Positions 30,484-39,168 are shown, counted from the stretch's first letter. The stretch is DNA of 56,709 bases from Ignavibacteriaceae bacterium (GCA_046704565.1 JBJKRP010000148.1:1-56709); one strand, 5' to 3'. Notes: a model not told the origin generated them from the letters alone. Numbers and translations are program-made.

Positions 30484-31086
30484 GACATATTCCTTATTTC
30501 TATCTGTTACTTTATCCTAAAAAATCAATTAATATACCATAAAGAAAATATGATTTCCCCTTTTCGTAAGAGTATGACAGGTAATGAGTTATAGAGTTTC
30601 CGGAGAATATCTAAATAGAATGGAATTAAAAAAATGTAGGCATATTCAACAGTCTTATGTTGAATTTTCCGTCAAACAACGGAGTCTTTCATTACTGCGC
30701 TTGCATCTTTTTCCTGCAGAATTATAATCGTAGGCGAGAAAAAATTAATTGCGCATTAACAACTATTTTTATTTAGCAATTGAAATAAGTATACCAGACG
30801 AAAAAAAGGATCAGAGAATTTCTTTACAAATCCCAAAATAAATTCTCAAATACAACAATAGAAACCGAGATGTGTTGCCATTGGTGAGAAGCCTTTTATT
30901 ACATTAAACAGAAAAAATTTTTCAAAGGTTTTATTCCATTTAAATTTTAATGTTTATAAAAATTAAGAAATAGAAATATTGCAGGTAACAGTTCTTGGCA
31001 TACTTTTATATAAACTTCAAAGGTCGAATTAACTAAATAATAGGACATAAGTAAAAAATTAATTTTTCACGAAGAAAGAGGGTAAG

Positions 31087-31986
31087 GTGGAAAAACAGAA
31101 TAGAAGAGAATTCTTTAAGACTTCAGCATTATTAGGCACTGCAATCACGGGTTTATTTTCAGGTACGACAAAGGCAGCCCCGAAAAATATTTTATCCGAA
31201 GATAGAATGGGAGTTCTTGTCGATACAACCGCGTGCATAGGCTGCAGAAGCTGTGAATGGGCATGCAAGAATGCACATGGAATTGAAACACCGCCTCTTG
31301 AAAAATACAGCGACAGATCGGTATTCAAAAAAATGCGCCGCCCTGATGTAAACGCTCTTACTGTTGTTAATGAATATTCAAATCCTCAGAACGCTGAACT
31401 GCCAACAGATATAAAAGTACAATGCATGCACTGCGATCATCCCGCATGTGTATCCGCATGTATTGTCGGGGCGTTTTCAAAGCAAGAGAACGGTTCGGTT
31501 ATCTGGGATACGAAACGCTGTATCGGATGCCGCTATTGCATGGTAGCCTGCCCTTTCCAGGTGCCTTCATTTGAATATGACAAAGCAATAAATCCGGAAA
31601 TTAAGAAATGCGATTTTTGTTTTGAAAGAACCAGAGCCGGCAAGCTTCCCGCGTGCGTTGAAATTTGTCCTGTTGAAGCGCTGACCTACGGACCGCGCAA
31701 CGACTTAGTTAAGATCGCTCGTGAAAGGATTAAAAGAAACCCGGAAAAATATTTCAATTACATATACGGCGAATATGAAGTCGGCGGAACTGCATGGATG
31801 TATATAGGGAACGAGGATCTAAGAAAGAAAGCATTTCCAAAGCTCGGGGACAAGCCCGCACCCGGCGTATCCGAAGCAATCCAGCACGGAATCTTTGCTT
31901 ATTTTGTTCCGCCGGTTTCGCTTTACGCCCTTCTCGGCGGCATAATGTGGATAACTAAAAACAGAAAAAATTCAGAGGAGGAATAA
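31087..31986 (+). CDS. Tat-exported 4x[4Fe-4S] ferredoxin-type subunit (HybA/NrfC/DsrO-like) with C-terminal TM anchor
   Basis: GTG start after AGAGGGTAAG and a twin-arginine signal NRREFFK. The four Cys clusters are CIGCRSCEWAC, CMHCDHPACVSAC, CIGCRYCMVAC and CDFC...CVEIC. A C-terminal hydrophobic helix is present. Confidence 0.85.
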   Translation: MEKQNRREFFKTSALLGTAITGLFSGTTKAAPKNILSEDRMGVLVDTTACIGCRSCEWACKNAHGIETPPLEKYSDRSVFKKMRRPDVNALTVVNEYSNPQNAELPTDIKVQCMHCDHPACVSACIVGAFSKQENGSVIWDTKRCIGCRYCMVACPFQVPSFEYDKAINPEIKKCDFCFERTRAGKLPACVEICPVEALTYGPRNDLVKIARERIKRNPEKYFNYIYGEYEVGGTAWMYIGNEDLRKKAFPKLGDKPAPGVSEAIQHGIFAYFVPPVSLYALLGGIMWITKNRKNSEEE

Positions 31987-31989
31987 ATC

Positions 31990-33234
31990 ATGGTATCTTA
32001 TATGAAACCGTCTCCGATTACTAAAAAATTTCTTACGCCCGGAGTTTTTGTTTTAATTCTTCTTGCGGTAAACGGACTTTGTTTCCTGTTTGCCCGATTG
32101 TTTTTTGGAATTGGGGCAGTCACGAATCTTAATAACCAATATCCGTGGGGAATCTGGATCGGAGTTGATGTTGCGGCAGGTGTTGCTTTAGCAGCAGGCG
32201 GTTTTACTACAGCAGCGCTCGGTCATGTTATGCACCGTACACACTATCACGATATTGTAAGACCTGCATTATTAACAGCAATGCTCGGATACACATTTGT
32301 CGCATTGAGTGTCTCAATTGATATTGGAAGATGGTATTACATCTGGCATCCTCTAATAATGTGGAATGGAACTTCTGCGCTCTTTGAGGTAGGAATTTGC
32401 GTGATGATTTATCTAACCGTTTTGTATATCGAATTTCTTCCAATAGTCACCGAAAGGTTTATCAATCATGTAAACTTTAAAGGCGCAATTTCCTTCTTAA
32501 ACAAACCTGTTGAAAAACTCCTCGTGGTTTTAGATAGAGGATTATCAAAAGTAATGTTTGTATTTATTATCGCCGGTGTTGTACTTTCAAGTCTGCATCA
32601 ATCCTCTCTCGGAACATTAATGGTTATTGCAGGACCGAAAATGCATCCGTTATGGCAGACACCCATTTTGCCTCTGCTATTTTTATTGTCGGCAATCTCT
32701 GTTGGGTTTCCAATGGTAATTTTTGAATCGATGATCGCCGCACGTTCATTCGGTTTAAAGCCTGAAATGGAAGTATTGTCCAGGTTGGGTTCAATAGTAG
32801 CGCCTATTCTTGGAGTATATCTTGCTTTCAAGTTAGGCGATATGTTTATCAGGGAAACGTTTGTTTATCTTAGAAGTTTCAATACGCAAAGTGTAATGTT
32901 CACAATTGAAGTTTTGTTCGGGATAATAATCCCGCTTAGGATGTTTCTATCCAAAGCCGTTTTAAAATCACCCCTTTGGTTGTTTGTCGCTTCGTGCCTG
33001 GTAATTTTCGGAGTTCTGATAAATAGAATAAATAACTTTGTTACGGCTTATACGCCTCCTTATTCATTCGGCTCTTACTTCCCCTCGTTTGGAGAAATTT
33101 CAGTGACTGTCGGATTCATTTCTCTACTCGTCTTATTGTACCGGGTTATTGTCTTTAACTTCCCGGTAATCAGCGTCTTCGACAGGTATCGTACCCCAAG
33201 AACCAAATACACAATTAGAGGCAGCGAGCTATGA
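31990..33234 (+). CDS. NrfD/HybB/PsrC-like polytopic quinone-interacting membrane subunit
   Basis: 414 aa with about 10 TM helices. It starts 3 nt after the FeS subunit's stop, and its stop overlaps the cytochrome start as ATGA. Confidence 0.8.
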   Translation: MVSYMKPSPITKKFLTPGVFVLILLAVNGLCFLFARLFFGIGAVTNLNNQYPWGIWIGVDVAAGVALAAGGFTTAALGHVMHRTHYHDIVRPALLTAMLGYTFVALSVSIDIGRWYYIWHPLIMWNGTSALFEVGICVMIYLTVLYIEFLPIVTERFINHVNFKGAISFLNKPVEKLLVVLDRGLSKVMFVFIIAGVVLSSLHQSSLGTLMVIAGPKMHPLWQTPILPLLFLLSAISVGFPMVIFESMIAARSFGLKPEMEVLSRLGSIVAPILGVYLAFKLGDMFIRETFVYLRSFNTQSVMFTIEVLFGIIIPLRMFLSKAVLKSPLWLFVASCLVIFGVLINRINNFVTAYTPPYSFGSYFPSFGEISVTVGFISLLVLLYRVIVFNFPVISVFDRYRTPRTKYTIRGSEL

Positions 33235-34394
33235 GAAAAATAATATTCATAAACGCTCTATTATTTACAGCTGTTCTTATTGGGCAAACAAAGCCTCCCA
33301 AAGGTCATGAACTCTTAACAAAGCTGACATGCAAAACATGCCATGGATGCGAAGTCCCGACGAAGCAAGACCCTTGTCTCACTCCATGTCCAAGAAATCA
33401 GATGGTGACAGTTCATCAATCAGCAGACAAGACTGTCAATGTAGTCAAGCTTGATGAGCTGTCAAAAAAATATTTACATGTTGTTTTTCCGCATAGAGCT
33501 CATGCTCAAATGTCGGAAATGTCGGGCGGCTGTATGACATGCCATCATTACAACACGAGCGGACCAATACAGCCATGTAAGAATTGCCATCAAGCCCAAA
33601 GGAACAGAGCCGATATCAGCAAGCCGGACTTAGAGGCAGCATACCACCGGCAATGTATTAACTGCCATCGCGAGTGGAGCCACGAGAATAGCTGCGTTTC
33701 ATGCCATGCATTAAGGACAAAAGATAGCGCCGTACATGTTACTACGGCTAAAAATTCTGAATCTATAAATCATCCTAAGATAGAAGAACCGGCAAAAGTT
33801 ATTTATAAGACAACCAGCAGTAAAGGCAAGCTTGTTACATTCTATCATGATGAACATTTTAATTTATTCGGCATAAGCTGCATCAAGTGCCATCAGCAGG
33901 AAAACTGTACAGAGTGTCATGACAAACAAAAAACCTCAATGCCTCAAAGGCAGGCAAATGTTCCTATAGAAATTCACAAGCCGGCGGCCCAGCATCATAA
34001 GCCTTGCTTTTCTTGCCATAGCGAGGATAAGTGCACTGTATGCCATTCAAACAAGCCTGAAGGTCCCTTTGACCATTCGGAAAGAGCAGGTTGGGCTTTG
34101 AATAAATTTCATAAAGTGCTGGCTTGTTCGCAGTGTCATGGTACTTCAGGTAGATTCACCAGGCTTGATAACAAGTGCGAGAGCTGCCACAACAATTTTG
34201 CTGCGGGTAAGTTCGATCATAGTATAACCGGTCTTAAGCTGGATGAAAATCATAAGGACGCCGACTGCGTTGATTGTCATCTTGAAAGGAATTTTTCGAA
34301 TCCTCCGTCATGCAAAAATTGCCATGATGATAAAAGTTATCCTAAAAATAAGCCCGGCAAGGAAGTTAAGGTTTCGTTAAAAAAGGAAAAATAA
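33231..34394 (+). CDS. Periplasmic multiheme cytochrome c (13 CxxCH motifs)
   Basis: A signal peptide followed by 13 CxxCH motifs, counted directly: CKTCH, CMTCH, CKNCH, CINCH, CVSCH, CIKCH, CTECH, CFSCH, CTVCH, CSQCH, CESCH, CVDCH, CKNCH. The spacing is cytochrome c3/c7-like, for example FPHRAH...CMTCHH. Confidence 0.9.
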   Translation: MRKIIFINALLFTAVLIGQTKPPKGHELLTKLTCKTCHGCEVPTKQDPCLTPCPRNQMVTVHQSADKTVNVVKLDELSKKYLHVVFPHRAHAQMSEMSGGCMTCHHYNTSGPIQPCKNCHQAQRNRADISKPDLEAAYHRQCINCHREWSHENSCVSCHALRTKDSAVHVTTAKNSESINHPKIEEPAKVIYKTTSSKGKLVTFYHDEHFNLFGISCIKCHQQENCTECHDKQKTSMPQRQANVPIEIHKPAAQHHKPCFSCHSEDKCTVCHSNKPEGPFDHSERAGWALNKFHKVLACSQCHGTSGRFTRLDNKCESCHNNFAAGKFDHSITGLKLDENHKDADCVDCHLERNFSNPPSCKNCHDDKSYPKNKPGKEVKVSLKKEK

Positions 34395-34449
34395 AAGTAA
34401 CAAAGTTGATTTAATTCTCGTAGATTTCTGTTGGTAATTAAAGAAATGT

Positions 34450-36333
34450 TTGCGCTTTGGGAAAATTGAAAACATGTTCAGGAAAATCGGTTTCAAGTTA
34501 ATATTAGCTGTCGGGGTTACGGCGCTTATTACAATAGGTATTTTTGCTTATTTCAATATACAGTCCCATACCAGCAGTTTACTTGCAGAAGTCGAACGGA
34601 GCGCAAACCAGCTCAGTGAAACTGTAAAGCATAGTACGCGCTACGACATGCTTCTGAACCAGCGTGACCGTATTCATAAAATTATTAATACTATTGGCGA
34701 GCAGCCAGGGATTAGAGATGTGAGAGTCCTTAATAAAATGGGAGAGATTATTTATTCTTCTCACACTGAAGATATCGGCAAGATGGTTGATAAGAAAACC
34801 GAAAGCTGTTATAAATGCCATGCCGCCGACAAGCCTCTTGAAAGACTTCCGATTAGAGACAGGACAAGAATTTTTAGAATAAGCCCCGACTCATCCAGGA
34901 TTATGGGAATCATAAGCCCCATTTATAACGAGCCTTCTTGCTGGCAAGCCGACTGCCATGCCCACTCTAAAAGCCAGACGGTACTCGGCGTTCTTGATGT
35001 TACAATATCTTTAAGCGATGTTGATGCTCAAATCAAAAAAGGTGAAATCGAAATTGTAATCTTCGCGATTTCAGGTGTGATTGCTTTAAGCTTCATCGTT
35101 GGATTTTTTGTACGAAGATGGGTTGACAAGCCTGTAAAAGAATTATTGAATGCTACCAACCAGGTTGGAGTCGGGAACCTTAATTATACTATTAAGGACA
35201 GACGCGATGACGAACTTGGAATGCTTGCCCGTTCATTCAACAATATGACAAAGAAACTTTCTGAAGCCCGCATGCAGCTTTTCCAATCGGATAAAATGGC
35301 TTCGCTCGGAAGACTTGCCGCCGGAGTTGCACACGAAATAAATAATCCTCTGACCGGAGTCCTGACTTACAGCAGCTTTCTTTTAAAACGTACTCAAAAC
35401 AATCCCGAAATGCAGGAAGACTTGAAGGTGATTGTTCGGGAGACCAAAAGAAGCCGTGAAATTGTAAAAAGCCTTCTTGATTTTGCGCGTCAATCAATTC
35501 CTAAAAAGAATGATGCAAACATAAACGATATTATTCTTCACGCTGTTAGCGTTGTGGAAAACCAGCTTGCTATCGATCATATTAAATTAATAAAAAATCT
35601 TGACCCCGATCTTCCAAACACAACGATAGACTCCAACCAGATACAACAGGTTATAATCAATCTTCTGGTAAATGCGCATGATGCAACCGGAAAGGAAGGC
35701 GGTACAATTACTATTTCTTCCCTTAAGATAAGCCTCTCGCCATACGGGATTACTCATATTAAAAAGGCTCTATGTCCTAAACGCCATGATATGATGGATA
35801 ATGAAGTAAAGATCGAAGGTATGGCTTCAATAAAAGTAAAAGTACGCTCGAACGGCAGCGAAGGTTTTATTAATTTAGATCCTGTTTATGGAAAGACCAG
35901 GCACCAGTACGGAATTGAGCCCGATATCAAAAAAGGTATTGCAATGATGTGCCCGCAGTGCAGTCAATCCTTAATTATCGAGGGAAAGAAATGCCCGAAG
36001 TGTGAGGCACCGGTTTATAGTTTCGAGATCCCGTCTCAAGGTTTTTTTGAAGGCTGTACAAGGAAAGGCTGTGGATGGCAGAAATGGGATTACGTTGATG
36101 TCGGCGGTAAGAAAGAATATATTGAAGTAAAAATATCCGATACCGGGTGTGGAATTGCAAAAGAAGATTTATCAAAAATATTTGAGCCTTTTTTTAGTAC
36201 AAAGGGACAAAAAGGAACCGGACTTGGTTTGGCGGTTATTTGGGGAATTATCGATAACCACAACGGGACTATTGGTGTTGAAAGCGAATTAAATAAAGGA
36301 ACGGAATTTACCATAAGGCTGCCGCTTATATAG
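34450..36333 (+). CDS. Sensor histidine kinase with periplasmic heme-c motifs, HAMP, and a Cys-rich insertion in the ATPase domain
   Basis: Paralog of the 27628-29220 kinase, with CYKCH and CWQADCH in the periplasmic domain. Kinase motifs are H-box VAHEINNPL, N-box NLLVNAHDA, and G-boxes DTGCGI and GTGLGLA. About 130 extra residues lie between the N and G1 boxes. The ATG at 34474 (MFRKIG...) is a plausible alternative to the TTG start at 34450. Confidence 0.85.
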   Translation: MRFGKIENMFRKIGFKLILAVGVTALITIGIFAYFNIQSHTSSLLAEVERSANQLSETVKHSTRYDMLLNQRDRIHKIINTIGEQPGIRDVRVLNKMGEIIYSSHTEDIGKMVDKKTESCYKCHAADKPLERLPIRDRTRIFRISPDSSRIMGIISPIYNEPSCWQADCHAHSKSQTVLGVLDVTISLSDVDAQIKKGEIEIVIFAISGVIALSFIVGFFVRRWVDKPVKELLNATNQVGVGNLNYTIKDRRDDELGMLARSFNNMTKKLSEARMQLFQSDKMASLGRLAAGVAHEINNPLTGVLTYSSFLLKRTQNNPEMQEDLKVIVRETKRSREIVKSLLDFARQSIPKKNDANINDIILHAVSVVENQLAIDHIKLIKNLDPDLPNTTIDSNQIQQVIINLLVNAHDATGKEGGTITISSLKISLSPYGITHIKKALCPKRHDMMDNEVKIEGMASIKVKVRSNGSEGFINLDPVYGKTRHQYGIEPDIKKGIAMMCPQCSQSLIIEGKKCPKCEAPVYSFEIPSQGFFEGCTRKGCGWQKWDYVDVGGKKEYIEVKISDTGCGIAKEDLSKIFEPFFSTKGQKGTGLGLAVIWGIIDNHNGTIGVESELNKGTEFTIRLPLI

Positions 36334-36342
36334 GCGAATGGA

Positions 36343-37149
36343 ATGAATAAACAATTCGACATATTGATTATAGACGACGAGCAAGTTATTACCGAAGCAG
36401 TAAACAAAATCTGTTCGGCGGAAGGATACAGGGTCGACTCGAGCCTTGATGCCGCAGATGCAATCATTAAACTTGAAACGAATTTTTACCGCTTGATATT
36501 ATGCGATATAATGCTTCCGGGGATGGACGGATTCCAGTTTCTCGATGAGGTCTCTAAGAAAAAAACTATTTCGCCCGTTATAATGACTACTGGGTTTTCG
36601 ACAGTAGAGAATGCCGTTAAATCATTATACAACGGGGCAATAGATTTTATACCGAAACCGTTTACAGCCGATGAATTACTTTCATCCGTCTCACGCGGCT
36701 TAAAATATTTGGAAATTCAAAAAAAATTATTCGAGACGGGAAGCCGCAGGAATGATGAATCTATAATCTATGTTCCATGTCCGGCTAAGTATTACAGACT
36801 TGGTTATTCAAGCTGGGTTAACTCAGATACCTCAGGCTCTGCTGTTGTAGGAGTTACGGATTTATTCCTTAAGACCATCGCTTCAATAAACGGAATTGAC
36901 TTGCTAAAGGTCGACGGCGAAATAGTGCAGGGAAATTCATGTGCTCAATTAAGCTCAAAGGAATATTATTCCCATGCAGTGTTAAGCCCGGTCAGCGGGA
37001 GAATAATAGAAAGGAACGAAAGCCTGATTGAAGAAATTAACACCATCGAAAAAGACCCGTACTTTAACGGATGGCTTTACAGAATAATACCATCCGATTG
37101 GCAGTACGAAATACAAAACTTAATACCGTGCAGTTCGGATAGAATGTAA
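36343..37149 (+). CDS. Response-regulator receiver fused to a GcvH-like domain
   Basis: REC domain: IIDDE, LCDIMLPGMDG, MTTG, PKPF. The C-terminal stretch VVGVTDLFLKTIASINGIDLLKVDGEIVQGNSCAQLSS...SPVSGRIIERNESL...DPYFNGWLYRI aligns to the GcvH core VGITxxAQ...PVSGxV...PYxxGW. Confidence 0.7.
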   Translation: MNKQFDILIIDDEQVITEAVNKICSAEGYRVDSSLDAADAIIKLETNFYRLILCDIMLPGMDGFQFLDEVSKKKTISPVIMTTGFSTVENAVKSLYNGAIDFIPKPFTADELLSSVSRGLKYLEIQKKLFETGSRRNDESIIYVPCPAKYYRLGYSSWVNSDTSGSAVVGVTDLFLKTIASINGIDLLKVDGEIVQGNSCAQLSSKEYYSHAVLSPVSGRIIERNESLIEEINTIEKDPYFNGWLYRIIPSDWQYEIQNLIPCSSDRM

Positions 37150-37198
37150 ATAGAATTATAATAAACGAGAGGAAGAAAAACTCTAAGGAGAATACAAT

Positions 37199-38356
37199 AT
37201 GCCACTTTTAATTATTGCAGTTATATTATTTGTTATCGCCGATGTATTGATAAGATACTCGGGTAAAAGGATACAGGAAAAGAAGCTACGCAAAGACCGC
37301 GAAGCCGCTTTAAACGTAAGTTTGAATCTTGATTTTACAAGAGAGGCAAAGTCCTTAAAACGCGTTGAAGTTGAAAGTCCTAAAGCTAAAATTTTATGTG
37401 TTGATGACGAGCCGGTAATACTCGACAGCTTCCGGAAAATTCTTGTGCTTGAAGGATATTCGGTTGATACGGTTGAAAACGGAAAGGAAGCAGTAGGGCT
37501 GGTTCAAACACATCATTATGATTTCGTTTTCACCGACTTAAAGATGCCGGAAATGGACGGAGTTGAGGTTACCAAGTCCGTAAAGCACATAAGACCCGAT
37601 ATTGATGTTGTAATCATAACCGGGTACGCTACTGTTGAAACCGCCGTTGAGTGTATGAAGTTCGGTGCAATGGACTATGTACAGAAGCCTTTCACCGAGG
37701 ATGAACTGCTTGACTTCGTTAAGAAAATTTTAATTAAACGGCAGGATAGAATTCAGAAACAGTTGAAACCGCAGGTTCACATCACTCACTTCGCCGAATC
37801 TAAACATTTTATGACTTACGAGTTCGCTATTCCTGGAGGAGTTTTCATCTCCGCAGGACACTGCTGGGCAAGCATGGAACAGGACGGCGCCGCAAAAGTA
37901 GGTATCGATGACTTTGCCAAAAAGCTCATTGGTAAAATTACCGGTATCGAGCTTCCCAACCTGGGAATGGTTGTTAAAGCCGGACAGCCGTTGTTTACAA
38001 TTAAACAGGATGACCGCAGTGTCGCATTCAATTCGCCGTTGAGCGGCAAGGTAATTAAAATTAATACTATCCTGCCGACAAATCTTGAAGTCCTTGATGT
38101 TACCTCATATAATACCAACTGGATTTGTGTAATTGATACTGAAGATTTAGATAGTGAACTAAAAACCCTGAATATCGGCAAGAGCGCAGTCACTTTCTAT
38201 CAGGATGAAATAGACAGGTTCATTCAGCTTAGGAAAAATATTCCGGTTAAGGATAGTTCGCAGACCCAGAGGAACAACGAACTTTATATAGGAGAATTTG
38301 AAAAGCTTGATAATGCCGACTGGGACAAGATGGTCACAGAGTTATTCAAAAAATAA
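37199..38356 (+). CDS. Membrane-anchored receiver domain fused to a GcvH-like domain
   Basis: N-terminal TM helix MPLLIIAVILFVIADVLI, then a REC domain (CVDDE, FTDLKMPEMDG, ITGY, QKPF). The C-terminal stretch KVGIDDFAKKLIGKITGIELPNLGMVVKAGQPLFTI...SPLSGKVIKIN is GcvH-like. Confidence 0.7.
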   Translation: MPLLIIAVILFVIADVLIRYSGKRIQEKKLRKDREAALNVSLNLDFTREAKSLKRVEVESPKAKILCVDDEPVILDSFRKILVLEGYSVDTVENGKEAVGLVQTHHYDFVFTDLKMPEMDGVEVTKSVKHIRPDIDVVIITGYATVETAVECMKFGAMDYVQKPFTEDELLDFVKKILIKRQDRIQKQLKPQVHITHFAESKHFMTYEFAIPGGVFISAGHCWASMEQDGAAKVGIDDFAKKLIGKITGIELPNLGMVVKAGQPLFTIKQDDRSVAFNSPLSGKVIKINTILPTNLEVLDVTSYNTNWICVIDTEDLDSELKTLNIGKSAVTFYQDEIDRFIQLRKNIPVKDSSQTQRNNELYIGEFEKLDNADWDKMVTELFKK

Positions 38357-38379
38357 TTTTATTTTTTATTGAATATGTT

Positions 38380-38433
38380 GCTTCGATGAGCTGAAGGCAT
38401 GTTATACGGGCTTGTCGAAGCGCAATTTTTTTT
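38380..38433 (+). terminator. Intrinsic terminator after the kinase/REC-GcvH operon
   Basis: GCTTCGA (38380-38386) pairs with TCGAAGC (38415-38421), and AGC/GCT extends the stem. A T8 run follows at 38426-38433. Confidence 0.5.
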
Positions 38434-38465
38434 ACTTTAATGAAAACGCTGCCGGATTGTTAACT

Positions 38466-38993
38466 ATGGTAACTTCATTCAAAGATAGAATTGAAATTCT
38501 TAAGGGCGACATAACTAAATTAAATGTTGATGCCATAGTTAATGCTGCAAACTCATCGCTGCTTGGCGGTGGAGGCGTGGATGGCGCGATCCATCGCGCT
38601 GCAGGTCCCGGGCTTTTAGACTATTGCAGAAAGCTGAATGGCTGTCCAACCGGTGAAGCTAAAATAACTCCCGGGTTTAATCTACACGCAAGGTTTGTTA
38701 TTCACACTGTTGGACCTGTTTGGCGGGGAGGTAATTACGATGAAGCAAACCTTTTGTCGAACTGTTACAAGAATTCACTCCGTCTTGCCGTTGAAAATAA
38801 CCTGGTGAGTATAGCTTTCCCGGCTATCAGTACTGGCATTTACGGCTACCCACTCGAATATGCGGCTAAGACCGCCCTAAAAACTGTCAAAGAATTTTTA
38901 TCATCAGACAACTCTATCGAAAAAGTAATTTTTGTCTGCTTCAGCCACTTTGACTTTGAAATATATAAGGAACTCTCTGCAAAGCTGGTTTAA
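38466..38993 (+). CDS. Macro-domain protein (O-acetyl-ADP-ribose deacetylase, YmdB-like)
   Basis: [24 protein letters not shown] and [13 protein letters not shown] prefer the ATG at 38466 because the TTG start at 38412 would lie inside the upstream terminator hairpin. Confidence 0.85.
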   Translation: MVTSFKDRIEILKGDITKLNVDAIVNAANSSLLGGGGVDGAIHRAAGPGLLDYCRKLNGCPTGEAKITPGFNLHARFVIHTVGPVWRGGNYDEANLLSNCYKNSLRLAVENNLVSIAFPAISTGIYGYPLEYAAKTALKTVKEFLSSDNSIEKVIFVCFSHFDFEIYKELSAKLV

Positions 38994-39168
38994 GCTTAAC
39001 ATAAACTATCCAGTAGTTTCATCCTCCCAATTTTTGTTTAATAAAATATTCAGCCTGTCTATAAATATTAACAAGCTATATGATGGCAAAGTGAATTTCG
39101 CTTTCTAAGAAGACTGTCTTGTGGCATTCAAATTGAGTTGAGCACTATGATTTTCGGAAGAAAGCGAG

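Noticed and set aside
29319-38356. The possibility that the three GcvH-like domains represent a glycine cleavage system or a lipoate-dependent sulfur or 2-oxoacid pathway.
   Set aside because: No gcvT, gcvP, lpd or lipoate ligase genes are in the window. The lipoyl-lysine position is Trp or Asp in two of the three domains, and the Lys in the third is offset and doubtful.
38412-38465. TTG-initiated extension of the macro-domain ORF.
   Set aside because: The extension would start inside the upstream terminator hairpin and T8 tract (38380-38433). The ATG at 38466 gives a normal macro-domain N-terminus.
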